DNA of 53,652 nucleotides, from assembly GCA_003645215.1 (NCBI GenBank), contig QNEM01000002.1, positions 1-53,652 on the forward strand, written 5' to 3'. A model generated the notes under the pieces. The model worked only from the letters and a program-made list of their open reading frames with translations, was not told the DNA's origin and searched no databases. Made by a program: the position numbers and the translations under genes. The stretch is from Gammaproteobacteria bacterium. GTDB taxonomy: Bacteria > Pseudomonadota > Gammaproteobacteria > Eutrophobiales > Eutrophobiaceae. Below are positions 17,742 to 27,532 of this stretch, piece by piece; the first letter of the stretch is position 1, and each line of letters starts with the position of its first letter.

Positions 17742-17977
17742 GATTAAAACCTCTCAAGTACATTTTATTGTTAAATAGTATTTTTCAAATGGTAAAGCTT
17801 GACCTCGATGACGAGTCATCGGGTAAGAGTTATTGTTTTGCTTGAATCAGACTTGTTTCAGGCGCCGAATTATTATTCGGTCAAGCGTGCCATCCGTGAA
17901 GAAGTTTATTACCCGAGGCTTTTCCCGAACCTTACTACCAGGCAATTTATTGCTGCATAGCAACATATTATTATTTA

Positions 17978-20017
17978 TTAGAGGGGATTGTTCAAGTTTT
18001 TAACGATCAAATCAAGGTCAAATATGGGTTCCTGACACGAGTATCCTTCACAGATATAGGCAACTGGAGACTTTTCGGTCTTATATTCGCTAAGGATTCC
18101 AGGGAGTTCGGAGACATTGGTCGGCAGGAGCATTAGGTTATTAAAGGGATTATGGGTTTGTCGATATTTTTCCAGCCATTCAGTGGTTGTAGCTGTTTCT
18201 CCCAGAATGACTATTCTTTTGGCTGGAGAAATATTTTCTTCCAGGGCATGCAGCAGGGCATTATGGGCGGATGGATAGCGCTCGATCGATGACCAGGCGG
18301 CTCGAAGTGTCGATTCTGATGCTTGTAGATAGCGGGAATCACCTAATAGATGACCGAGCTTGCCAAGCGCAGAAGCGGTCACTCCATTTCCTGAGGGTAG
18401 TGAATCATCCATGAAAGATTTGCTTCGCTGGATCAGTTTTTCGTGATCATGCGAGGTGAAAAAGAAACCTCCGTGTTCTTTATCTTCGAATGAATCCAGT
18501 AATTCATCCGCCAGTCGAATCGCCATGCCTAACCACTTTTGATCCCAGCGACATTGTAAAAATGCGAGGAGGGCATCGATGAGAAATGCATAATCATCCA
18601 GATAGGCATTTAGATGTGCTTTACCCTCTCTATAAGTAGCGAGTAATTTTCCATCCGTGTAAAGGTTCTGATGGATAAATTCCAGGGCCTTTTCTGCAGA
18701 AGCCAGATAACGTTCATTATCAAAGGTAAAGGCTGCGGTTGCCATGCCCTTGATCATCAGTGCATTCCATGAAGTCAGGATCTTGTCATCACAAGCCGGC
18801 CGGATACGCGTCGAACGTTGTTGCAATAATTTTGCTTTGGCTTGTTCTATGATTGCCAGAGTTTCCTCATCCGCTGACTCTTGCATAACTCTTAAGTGCC
18901 ATTTGCCTTCAAAGTTGGGCCCCTGATCCAGGCCATAATATTTTGCAAAGGCTTCAAATTCCTCTGTGTTTAACAGCGAACTGATTTCATCTTTAGTCCA
19001 GGCATAAAATTTTCCTTCTACTCCTTCGGAGTCAGCATCCATGCTGGAGTAATAACCACCTTCCGGGCTTTGCATTTCATCAATAACCCAGTCGGCAGTA
19101 CCTGTTGCCACTTGATGATACAGAGGATTTTTAGTGATTTGCCATGCCTGACTGTAGAGCGTCAGTAATAAGCCATTGTCATAAAGCATTTTTTCAAAAT
19201 GCGGAATTATCCATTCTCTATCGACAGAATAGCGATAAAAGCCACCACCAAGTTGATCGTACAGACCACCCAGAGCCATCTTACCCAGGGTAAGCTCCAC
19301 CATGTTGATGGCCTGGTTTTGAATACAATCTGTTTGTAGATGCTGTCGAAGTAGATGCTCAAGGTTGGAAGGATGAGGGAATTTAGGTGCGCTACCGAAG
19401 CCGCCGAATTGCAAATCAAAGCTTTGGTGTAATTGTTGCGTTGCCGTCTCAAGAGGCAAGGGGCCTAATTCAGCTGTTTTATCCGGGGCGACTTGCTGGT
19501 TCACGTTTTGCAGACTCATTAGAAAGGAACCATTCTGTTGCCTGATGGAGTCTCTTTCCTGTTGATAGAAATCTGCAATTCTTGTCAGTATTACCTTGAA
19601 GCCTGGCAAACCATATTTTGATTCGATTGGGAAATAGGTTCCACCAAAAAATGGAATATGATCTTCCGGTGTCAGGAACATCGTTAAAGGCCAGCCACCG
19701 GTTTTTTGTGTCAGCATTTGCTGCGCAGTTTGGTATATCTTGTCGATATCCGGTCTTTCTTCTCTATCAACTTTAATATTAATAAAATGTTCATTCATTA
19801 ATTTAGCAGTTTCATTGTCTTCGAATGATTCATGTGCCATGACATGGCACCAGTGACAGGCAGAATATCCAATCGACAGCAATATCGGTTTGTCTTCTTC
19901 GATGGCCTTGTTTAAGGCTGTCTCGTTCCATGCATACCAGTTGACTGGATTATCTGCATGTTGCAGCAAGTAAGGACTGGTCTCGTCAGCTAGATTATTC
20001 TTAGTTTGTTTAGGCAT
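17978..20017 (-). CDS. Thioredoxin-domain (DUF255) / six-hairpin glycosidase-like protein, YyaL/SPATA20 family
   Basis: N-terminal DUF255 motif [11 protein letters not shown]. 679 aa with a long alpha/alpha-barrel-like C-terminal region. Confidence 0.85.
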   Translation of the reverse strand: MPKQTKNNLADETSPYLLQHADNPVNWYAWNETALNKAIEEDKPILLSIGYSACHWCHVMAHESFEDNETAKLMNEHFINIKVDREERPDIDKIYQTAQQMLTQKTGGWPLTMFLTPEDHIPFFGGTYFPIESKYGLPGFKVILTRIADFYQQERDSIRQQNGSFLMSLQNVNQQVAPDKTAELGPLPLETATQQLHQSFDLQFGGFGSAPKFPHPSNLEHLLRQHLQTDCIQNQAINMVELTLGKMALGGLYDQLGGGFYRYSVDREWIIPHFEKMLYDNGLLLTLYSQAWQITKNPLYHQVATGTADWVIDEMQSPEGGYYSSMDADSEGVEGKFYAWTKDEISSLLNTEEFEAFAKYYGLDQGPNFEGKWHLRVMQESADEETLAIIEQAKAKLLQQRSTRIRPACDDKILTSWNALMIKGMATAAFTFDNERYLASAEKALEFIHQNLYTDGKLLATYREGKAHLNAYLDDYAFLIDALLAFLQCRWDQKWLGMAIRLADELLDSFEDKEHGGFFFTSHDHEKLIQRSKSFMDDSLPSGNGVTASALGKLGHLLGDSRYLQASESTLRAAWSSIERYPSAHNALLHALEENISPAKRIVILGETATTTEWLEKYRQTHNPFNNLMLLPTNVSELPGILSEYKTEKSPVAYICEGYSCQEPIFDLDLIVKNLNNPL

Positions 20018-20085
20018 GGCGAGAGAATAACAGTTGCCTGCAGTAAACTATAATATTTTTGACTTGATGATAGACTTCGAATCCT

Positions 20086-20892
20086 ATGTTGAGTTATCCA
20101 GATATTGATCCCGTCGCCCTTGCCCTGGGCCCAATCCAAATTCATTGGTATGGCATTACCTATGTTGTCGGTATCGTTGCCGCATGGCTGTTGTTGCGAT
20201 GGCGGGGCCGGAAAAATTTAACTATGGATAATCCTTTACCGGGATGGAAACCGGAGCATATTGATGACATGGTGTTTTATGCCACGCTGGGTATTATTAT
20301 TGGCGGACGCCTGGGTTCGGTATTGTTTTATAACCTGCCTTATTATCTTGATCATCCAATCGATATATTCAAGATCAATCAAGGCGGCATGTCTTTCCAT
20401 GGTGGAATGATCGGTGTCCTTTTGGCAATGGTCTGGTTTGCACGAAAAACTAATTCCAGGCTTTTTAATGTAATAGATTTTATCGTTCCTGTCGTACCCA
20501 TTGGGCTTGGTTGTGGTCGGATCGGAAATTTTATTAATGGTGAGTTGTGGGGCGCACCTTCTTCTGTTCCCTGGGCAATGATATTCCCCAGCTCTTACGC
20601 AGGTGGTGTGCCCAGACATCCATCACAACTCTATGAAGCCTTACTGGAAGGACTATTACTGTTTATTATTCTGTGGGTTTATTCTGCCAAACCACGTCCG
20701 ATGATGGCGGTAACCGGTTTATTCATGCTGGGATACGGGATATTTCGCAGTAGTATTGAATTTGTACGCGAGCCTGATGCGCACCTTGGATACCTGGCAT
20801 TTGATTGGCTGACGATGGGGCAGATACTTTCATTACCGATGATATTACTCGGTATAATTTTACTGGTTTTAGCACACAGGAACGTAAAATAG
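20086..20892 (+). CDS. lgt: Prolipoprotein diacylglyceryl transferase
   Basis: IHWYGITYV, GGRLGSVLFY and GRIGNFINGELWG motifs. The conserved lgt-thyA adjacency is present. Confidence 0.93.
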   Translation: MLSYPDIDPVALALGPIQIHWYGITYVVGIVAAWLLLRWRGRKNLTMDNPLPGWKPEHIDDMVFYATLGIIIGGRLGSVLFYNLPYYLDHPIDIFKINQGGMSFHGGMIGVLLAMVWFARKTNSRLFNVIDFIVPVVPIGLGCGRIGNFINGELWGAPSSVPWAMIFPSSYAGGVPRHPSQLYEALLEGLLLFIILWVYSAKPRPMMAVTGLFMLGYGIFRSSIEFVREPDAHLGYLAFDWLTMGQILSLPMILLGIILLVLAHRNVK

Positions 20893-20944
20893 TGCACTTG
20901 AAATTGCTCCTGCATTTCAAGTATTTCCACCATCCATGGCGGTC

Positions 20945-21008
20945 AAGTGTTAAATATTAAAGGTGAAGGGTACAATACTTTTCACACTTCACCTTTAACA
21001 TTCCACTT
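20945..21008. repeat. Heptamer-word inverted-repeat element, copy B
   Basis: A perfect 12-bp stem pairs TTAAAGGTGAAG (20957-20968) with CTTCACCTTTAA (20987-20998). An outer AAGTG/CACTT pair is also present. The loop carries the family core ACTTTTCACAC. Confidence 0.7.
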
Positions 21009-21017
21009 ATCAAAAAG

Positions 21018-21812
21018 ATGAAACAATTTTTAGACTTACTACGCCATGTAAAAACTAATGGCATTGAAAAAGCCGATCGAACCGGCACCGGGACAATTAG
21101 CGTGTTTGGTTATCAAATGCGTTTTAATTTGCAGGATGGATTTCCTGCCATGACCACCAAGAAGCTTCATTTAAAGTCCATCATCCACGAATTACTCTGG
21201 TTTCTGGATGGTGATACGAATATCAAGTATTTAAAGGACAATGGTGTCAGTATCTGGGATGAGTGGGCTGATGATAGTGGAGACCTGGGTCCGGTCTATG
21301 GCGCACAATGGCGTACCTGGAAAACTGCAGACGGCAGGACTCTGGATCAAATTACAGATGTGATTGAACAGATAAAGACCAATCCAGACTCACGTCGACT
21401 GATCGTCAGTGCCTGGAACGTAGGTGAGCTGGATAAGATGGCCTTGATGCCTTGTCATGCCTTCTTTCAATTTTATGTTGCTGATGGAAGATTGTCCTGT
21501 CAGTTATATCAACGCAGTGCTGATATTTTTCTTGGTGTGCCATTTAATATCGCATCATATGCCTTGTTAACTATGATGATCGCGCAGGTCTGTGAGCTCG
21601 AACTGGGTGATTTTGTACACACCTTAGGTGATGCACATCTTTATGTGAATCACCTCGACCAGGTTGATGAGCAGTTGTCTCGTAATCCTCTTGCATTGCC
21701 AGTGATGAAAATAAATCCGGAAATAAAATCAATCCTTGATTTTAAATATGAAGATTTTGAATTGCAGAACTATGAGTCATATCCTTCTATCAAGGCCCCT
21801 ATCTCTGTCTAG
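21018..21812 (+). CDS. thyA: Thymidylate synthase
   Basis: 264 aa with active-site region [14 protein letters not shown], plus DRTGTGT and [14 protein letters not shown] motifs. Confidence 0.97.
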   Translation: MKQFLDLLRHVKTNGIEKADRTGTGTISVFGYQMRFNLQDGFPAMTTKKLHLKSIIHELLWFLDGDTNIKYLKDNGVSIWDEWADDSGDLGPVYGAQWRTWKTADGRTLDQITDVIEQIKTNPDSRRLIVSAWNVGELDKMALMPCHAFFQFYVADGRLSCQLYQRSADIFLGVPFNIASYALLTMMIAQVCELELGDFVHTLGDAHLYVNHLDQVDEQLSRNPLALPVMKINPEIKSILDFKYEDFELQNYESYPSIKAPISV

Positions 21813-21818
21813 AGTCTT

Positions 21819-22304
21819 ATGATTATTTCAATCATTGTTGCCATGGATAAAAAAGGCGTTATCGGTCTCGATGGTGATCTGCCTTGGCATCTTTCATCGG
21901 ATTTAAAACATTTCAGGGCTATTACCATGGGCAAGCCGCTCATCATGGGCAGGAAAACCCATGAGTCCATTGGGCGTCCATTACCTGGAAGGAAGAATAT
22001 CGTCTTAACACGCTCGAAGGATTTCTTGGCTGAAGGATGTGTTGTAGTGAATTCACAGCAACAGGCATTAGCACTTGTTGCCGATGTTGAGGAAGTAATG
22101 TTTATGGGTGGTGCTGGAATCTATGCCGAGGCATTGTCACATGCGAACCGTCTCTATCTGACAGAAGTACATGCAGATGTGAGTGGGGATGTTTATTTTC
22201 CCGAATATGATAAGAGTGATTGGCTTGAAGTTGATCGGGAAAAGCATTCCGCAGATGAGAAGAATGATTTCGATTATAGTTTTGTAATGATGGAACGCAG
22301 TTAG
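21819..22304 (+). CDS. folA: Dihydrofolate reductase
   Basis: 161 aa with VIGLDGDLPWHL and MGRKTHESIG motifs; directly downstream of thyA. Confidence 0.93.
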   Translation: MIISIIVAMDKKGVIGLDGDLPWHLSSDLKHFRAITMGKPLIMGRKTHESIGRPLPGRKNIVLTRSKDFLAEGCVVVNSQQQALALVADVEEVMFMGGAGIYAEALSHANRLYLTEVHADVSGDVYFPEYDKSDWLEVDREKHSADEKNDFDYSFVMMERS

Positions 22305-22357
22305 CCAGAATATGACTTTCCCAGGAGTCATGACCCCATGATCACAGAGAAAACTTA

Positions 22358-24265
22358 ATGATCGGTCTCAATGAAGTCAGCCTGCAACGTGGGCAGAAGC
22401 CACTGTTAGAAAAAGCTAACCTGCTAGTACATGCTGGTCAGCGTGTGGGTGTGATTGGTGCCAATGGCAGCGGTAAATCCAGTTTGTTCCAGTTGTTCCT
22501 GGGGCAATTACACACTGACCATGGTGACGTGGTGTTACCCAAAGAACTTCGTATTACCCATATGGCACAGGAGATCGCACACAGCGATCGCACGGCACTG
22601 GATTATGTACTCGATGGTGATACCGAGTTACGGACAACCGAAGCAGCGATAGAAACCGCGCATGCCTGCGAAGATAACACTGCATTGGCGCATGCTTTAG
22701 AAAAACTGGATACGATTGATGCGCACACGGCTCCAAGTCGTGCGCAACAGATGTTGAATGGTCTGGGTTTTGAGGCTGACGATCATCAACGTATTGTTAA
22801 CACGTTTTCTGGTGGTTGGCGGATTCGATTGAATTTGGCGCAGGCGCTGATGTGTCCTGCGGACTTGATGTTGCTTGATGAACCGACTAACCACCTGGAT
22901 TTGGATGCCACCGTCTGGTTGGAACAATGGTTGTTGCGATATCAGGGTACATTATTATTGATCTCCCACGACCGGGATTTCCTGGACTCCGTCGCCACTC
23001 ATATCGCGCGCTTGCATCAGCAACAGATTAACTACTACAAGGGCAACTATTCCGCCTACGAACATCAGCATGCAGAGCGTATGGCACAGCAGCAAGCAAA
23101 TTACGAAAAGCAACAGGCAGAGCGAGCGCATTTACAAAGTTACATCAACCGATTTAAAGTCCAGGCCACCAAAGCCAAACAAGCACAGAGCCGCATCAAA
23201 GCTCTGGCGCGCATGGAAGATATTGCCCCGGCGCATATTGATTCACCATTTCATTTTGGTTTCAGTGAACCGCCCAAGCCTTCGAGCCCATTACTCTATC
23301 TTGAAAAAGCCAGTCTGGGTTATGACGACAAAGAAATCTTAAATGGCGTAGATATACGCATTGCCCCCGGCAGTCGTATTGGTCTGCTCGGTCCAAACGG
23401 CGCAGGAAAATCCACCTTGCTCAAATCATTGGTGGGCGACTTATCGTTACGAGAGGGTATTCGACAAGCGGGTAGTAATTTGCAGGTAGGTTATTTTGCG
23501 CAGCACCAGTTAGAAGCATTGGATTTATCCGCCAGCCCTATTACCCATATTCAGCGGTTATCGCCGACCACCACTGAACAGGTGATCCGTAATTTTCTCG
23601 GCGGCTTTAACTTCCATGGCGACGTGGCATCCGAAGCACCAAAATATTTTTCTGGTGGAGAAAAGGCACGCCTTGCATTGGCGATTGTTGTATGGGAAAG
23701 GCCTAATTTATTGATCATGGATGAACCTACCAACCATCTGGATCTGGAAATGTGTCATGCCCTGACCATGGCTCTGCAAAGTTTCTCCGGTGCGATGATT
23801 CTGGTCTCACATGATCGACATTTATTACGTAATAGTGTGGATGAATTCCTGCTAGTCGCTGATGGGCAGGTTGAAGCCTTTGATGGTGATCTGGATGAAT
23901 ACCAGCAGTGGCTGCTGAAGAGCAAGCGGGACAACTCGGTACCGAAAACTGCAGATAATATAGATGTGCCTAAAGTGGACCGTAAAGAGCTACGCCGCCA
24001 GGCTGCCGTGCAGCGTAATCAATTGCAACCGATGAAAAAGAAAGTATCGAAAGTCGAAGCGGCCATTGAAAGCAATGAACTGGAATTAAGCAGCATTAAA
24101 AGCAAACTGCTAGATAACACAATCTATGAAGTCGCGAATAAAGAAAAACTGCAAGAAATCATGCAATGCCAGGGAATGCTCCGGCTGCAAAATGACAGGC
24201 TTGAAGAAGAATGGATGCTATTACATGAAGAATTGGAGGCTTTGGAGCAGGCATTGCAGGTTTGA
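22358..24265 (+). CDS. yheS: ABC-F family ATPase (YheS-like, no transmembrane domain)
   Basis: Two ABC cassettes (GANGSGKS/FSGGWRIRL, GPNGAGKS/FSGGEKARL) joined by a Q-rich linker. Collinear with my recollection of E. coli YheS, including the coiled-coil C-terminus. Confidence 0.85.
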   Translation: MIGLNEVSLQRGQKPLLEKANLLVHAGQRVGVIGANGSGKSSLFQLFLGQLHTDHGDVVLPKELRITHMAQEIAHSDRTALDYVLDGDTELRTTEAAIETAHACEDNTALAHALEKLDTIDAHTAPSRAQQMLNGLGFEADDHQRIVNTFSGGWRIRLNLAQALMCPADLMLLDEPTNHLDLDATVWLEQWLLRYQGTLLLISHDRDFLDSVATHIARLHQQQINYYKGNYSAYEHQHAERMAQQQANYEKQQAERAHLQSYINRFKVQATKAKQAQSRIKALARMEDIAPAHIDSPFHFGFSEPPKPSSPLLYLEKASLGYDDKEILNGVDIRIAPGSRIGLLGPNGAGKSTLLKSLVGDLSLREGIRQAGSNLQVGYFAQHQLEALDLSASPITHIQRLSPTTTEQVIRNFLGGFNFHGDVASEAPKYFSGGEKARLALAIVVWERPNLLIMDEPTNHLDLEMCHALTMALQSFSGAMILVSHDRHLLRNSVDEFLLVADGQVEAFDGDLDEYQQWLLKSKRDNSVPKTADNIDVPKVDRKELRRQAAVQRNQLQPMKKKVSKVEAAIESNELELSSIKSKLLDNTIYEVANKEKLQEIMQCQGMLRLQNDRLEEEWMLLHEELEALEQALQV

Positions 24266-24487
24266 CTTAAGTCAGCTCAGGGCTGAATCAGATTAGGGTA
24301 ACGCTTATTAAAGTAAAATTTGCCTCGTGCTTGTAAGATACTCAACAGTTGGTGAACTTCCGGTCATGGTGCCACTCATCCGAATATCGTGTCCAGGTGA
24401 CCCTGTAACAATTTACTTCCCCAGCGCGAAATAGGGCGCCTAAAATCAAACGTTACTGGCTCTTTAAATTTTTACTATCCAGTCATG

Positions 24488-24504
24488 TGCGACAAATTGT
24501 CGCA
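24488..24504. promoter_or_regulatory. Perfect 17-bp palindrome TGCGACAAATTGTCGCA (candidate operator) upstream of the OM barrel gene
   Basis: 8+1+8 perfect dyad, 68-84 nt upstream of ATG 24572. No matching regulator gene is adjacent. Confidence 0.45.
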
Positions 24505-24571
24505 TGGGCATCCATATATAATTCCGCTATTCTCCGCCACTCATTTTAACAGGCAAACTAGCAGGAATCGT

Positions 24572-25573
24572 ATGCGTTTCATTACATTCTTAATCATCAG
24601 CTTTTTTGGCTGTGTCCATACTGTCCATGCGGACCATGCCAGCGCCAGTTTCGAAACTGGTGCGGCTGGGGCTATTATGACAACCCCGGGTGGGACCTTA
24701 CCCAAGGGAAAGCTTGTTGTTGGTGCGAGTGTGCAGTATTTAGAACTCGATGATATTTCTGACAGTACATTAGAAGCTGCAGGTACTGCAGATGAAGATG
24801 TACATAGTGTTGATAGTTTTTTAAGTGTATCTGCCAACTTTGCTTATGGCTTGACGGATGATCTGACTATTGGTCTGAGTATGCCTTATGTTGATCGTTC
24901 AAACATTCGTGAGGCGCATAATGATATGGGTGTAGGCGAAGCCGAGTTGGCGGGGGATTCTAATGGTGTAGGCGATCTGACTTTATTCGGACAATATCGT
25001 TTCCATCAGAGTGAAAAACAAGATGCTGCAATTCTTGCTGGCATCAAGACACCAACGGGCGAAACCGGTGTTAGAGAAATTGAGGGTGGATTGTTCGAAG
25101 CTGAACAACAACCGGGTTCCGGTTCGTGGGATCCCTTCTTTGGTCTGGCATATAACCGGAGTTGGGGAGATATTGGTTTTTCCAGCAATCTGCTCTACAC
25201 ATTTGTGACGGAAGGCACGCAAGATACCAATCTGGGTGACATCTTTAACTATAATTTTGCCCTTTCATATCGTACAACGATTCCAGAAGGTGACCATGAC
25301 CACCATAATCATAAACATCAGGGAAACATCGTTGATTATATTGATATGGTCCTTGAACTGAATGGTGATTCGAGACAGCGTGTAGACATCGCTGGCGAGA
25401 CTGAAAAACATACTGGAGGTCATACACTTTACATCTCTCCGGGCTTGCGTGTTGGTCTAGGCCATAGCGTTTCATTATTCACCTCTGTCGGCATACCGAT
25501 TGTGAATGATTTGAATGGGATTCAGAGTGAACCGGATTATCGTGTGATTGGTGGTATGAGCGTTACTTTTTAA
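24572..25573 (+). CDS. Outer-membrane beta-barrel protein (putative transporter, Phenol_MetA_deg-like) with a His-rich loop
   Basis: ATG 24572 follows AGGA and yields a signal peptide MRFITFLIISFFGCVHTVHA|DH. There is an alternating beta-strand pattern and a C-terminal ...MSVTF ending in Phe. The His-rich loop is PEGDHDHHNHKHQ (25283-25321). Confidence 0.7.
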   Translation: MRFITFLIISFFGCVHTVHADHASASFETGAAGAIMTTPGGTLPKGKLVVGASVQYLELDDISDSTLEAAGTADEDVHSVDSFLSVSANFAYGLTDDLTIGLSMPYVDRSNIREAHNDMGVGEAELAGDSNGVGDLTLFGQYRFHQSEKQDAAILAGIKTPTGETGVREIEGGLFEAEQQPGSGSWDPFFGLAYNRSWGDIGFSSNLLYTFVTEGTQDTNLGDIFNYNFALSYRTTIPEGDHDHHNHKHQGNIVDYIDMVLELNGDSRQRVDIAGETEKHTGGHTLYISPGLRVGLGHSVSLFTSVGIPIVNDLNGIQSEPDYRVIGGMSVTF

Positions 25574-25593
25574 GCGCTCTGTTGAAGGTGAGG

Positions 25594-26169
25594 CTATAGC
25601 TTTTTAGATAAACTAAATGCACCCCTGATCTGCCCTAACGAATAACCTGTTGCCATATCATCCGGGTAATGTTGTTGTAATGCCTCGGAAACAGCGGGGG
25701 ATAGTTTTTCACCATGACAACTCAGGCATATTGGTTCAACACCCTGGGCCTTCATGAAGCGGAATTCTCTACCTGTTATTTCTGAATGTGTCATCTTTTT
25801 GGCTGATTCCCCTGCTACCTGACGAGCATTAAAGTCTTGTAATACCCTGGTTTCCCATGCATCTGGTTTTGCAGAATGGCTATTACGTGCTTTTAAACTG
25901 ACACGTTTTATATCCCAACCACTCTCAATGCCTAGTTTTCTGGCAATGTCAGGGGCCTGGGTTGAGCAGACTTCGATTGCATTAACAGGACCACCTGTTT
26001 CAAGTGCCGCTTTGAGTTGTGGTTTCAGGGTTCCTGCAAATTTTTTAACGATAACCATCGCCTCCGCGTTTAAAGCATCCAAAGTGTCATCATTCGCGGA
26101 TACGTCAGAGACAAGAGACACATTGGCCATGAAGAATATTAAAAATAGCGGAGTGGTTTTTATATTCAT
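25594..26169 (-). CDS. DUF3365 (Tll0287-like) periplasmic c-type haem protein
   Basis: Signal peptide, a single CXXCH haem motif (CLSCH) and the C-terminal GQIRGAFS motif typical of DUF3365. Confidence 0.72.
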   Translation of the reverse strand: MNIKTTPLFLIFFMANVSLVSDVSANDDTLDALNAEAMVIVKKFAGTLKPQLKAALETGGPVNAIEVCSTQAPDIARKLGIESGWDIKRVSLKARNSHSAKPDAWETRVLQDFNARQVAGESAKKMTHSEITGREFRFMKAQGVEPICLSCHGEKLSPAVSEALQQHYPDDMATGYSLGQIRGAFSLSKKL

Positions 26170-26261
26170 TTATTGGTTCCAGGAAGTGCGCTTAAGAAAA
26201 GCCCGTATATAATCTGAGTTGCTTATCAAGCCGGGGCCGTTGGGTGTATAACTATAAAAAA

Positions 26262-27083
26262 TCATATTGCAGGGACACTAAACAATTTGTCATCCTCTAG
26301 TCGTAACGCGGTCAATTCACCTCCCCAGAGACAACCTGTATCAATGGGATAAACATTGTAAGGCCTAAAATCCTGAATGGTGCCCAGATGCACTGTTGAC
26401 CAGTGTCCGAATATGATTTTATCGTGCCTGCTTTTTCTTCCATCAACCATGAACCAGGGTGTTAAATGTTCCCCTTGCGAACCGGGTGCGCCTTTCTCAG
26501 AGAAATTTATTTCATTTTCATCATCAAGGTAACGCATGCGGGTGAAGCAATTCACAATAAATCGCAGCCGATCATTTCCTGTCAGGTTTTCATCCCAGAC
26601 ATTGGGTTCATTTCCATACATGACTTCAAGGAACGAAAGATAATTTTCACTATTTAAAACCTGTTCGAACTCTTCAGCCAATTCCATTGCCTGTTCGATA
26701 TTCCACTGTGGCGGCAACCCTGCATGGATCATGGTGAAGTTTAAATCATTGTCATAATGCATGAGTACCTGTTGACGAATCCAAGTGATTAATTCTTGCT
26801 TGTCTGCTGAGGTGAGAATGGACGTCAATGTATCTTTCTTTTTAGGTGGTGTTATTTCTTCGGCAAGCGCTAGAAGATGAAGATCATGATTGCCAAGGAC
26901 GGTGATGGCCGACTTGCCCAGTTTTATAACAAAATTTAATACTTCAAGTGAGTCTGGTCCCCGGTTGACCAGATCACCCACAAACCATAATCGATCATTT
27001 GTCTCATCAAAATTAATTTTATCCAGTAATTTCTGGAGTTCTTTGAAACAACCTTGAACATCGCCAATCGCGTAAGTCGACAT
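26262..27083 (-). CDS. apaH: Bis(5'-nucleosyl)-tetraphosphatase (symmetrical)
   Basis: Metallophosphatase motifs GDVQGC, GDLVNRGP and GNHD; 273 aa; downstream of apaG. Confidence 0.93.
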   Translation of the reverse strand: MSTYAIGDVQGCFKELQKLLDKINFDETNDRLWFVGDLVNRGPDSLEVLNFVIKLGKSAITVLGNHDLHLLALAEEITPPKKKDTLTSILTSADKQELITWIRQQVLMHYDNDLNFTMIHAGLPPQWNIEQAMELAEEFEQVLNSENYLSFLEVMYGNEPNVWDENLTGNDRLRFIVNCFTRMRYLDDENEINFSEKGAPGSQGEHLTPWFMVDGRKSRHDKIIFGHWSTVHLGTIQDFRPYNVYPIDTGCLWGGELTALRLEDDKLFSVPAI

Positions 27084-27098
27084 ATTTAATGATGCCTT

Positions 27099-27476
27099 TT
27101 AATGCAGGGTGTGAGGGATAGAAAGTCCAAAGGCAGGGATCTCTGCATCAAATTCTATGCCATCATCAGCAATTAAATAATAACTCCCCTGCATATAACC
27201 ATAGGGCGTTTCTATCATTGCAGCACTGCTATAGGTAAATGTCTCTCCTGGTTGCAGATGTGGCTGTTTACCGACGACACCATCTCCCTGGACTTCCTGG
27301 ATCTTGTCATTGGCATCTGTGATCAACCAGCGGCGTCTGAGTAACCGGGCAGAAGTTGCCCCATTATTTTTGATAGTGATGGTATAGGCAAATACAAAGC
27401 GCGCATTGTCCGGATCAGATTGATTCTGGACGTAATCAGTTTCTACGGTGACGTCTATATTATGTTGAATCCGCAT
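27099..27476 (-). CDS. apaG: ApaG (DUF525) protein
   Basis: 125 aa with GDGVVGKQPHLQPGETFTYSS typical of ApaG; apaG-apaH pairing. Confidence 0.9.
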   Translation of the reverse strand: MRIQHNIDVTVETDYVQNQSDPDNARFVFAYTITIKNNGATSARLLRRRWLITDANDKIQEVQGDGVVGKQPHLQPGETFTYSSAAMIETPYGYMQGSYYLIADDGIEFDAEIPAFGLSIPHTLH

Positions 27477-27532
27477 GAGTTCAATTTGACCTCAATTGAG
27501 CTATATAGCAAATTTATTTTTCTATAAAGTTT

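Noticed and set aside
24263-24274. Perfect 12-bp palindrome TGACTTAAGTCA at the yheS-like stop codon
   Set aside because: It can form only a 4-bp stem and has no U-tract, so it is too short to be a terminator or a confident operator.
24485-24571. 29-codon N-terminal extension of the OM barrel ORF (listed start 24485)
   Set aside because: The extension has no signal-peptide character and begins inside the 17-bp palindrome. Met30 (24572) follows AGGA and gives a canonical signal peptide.
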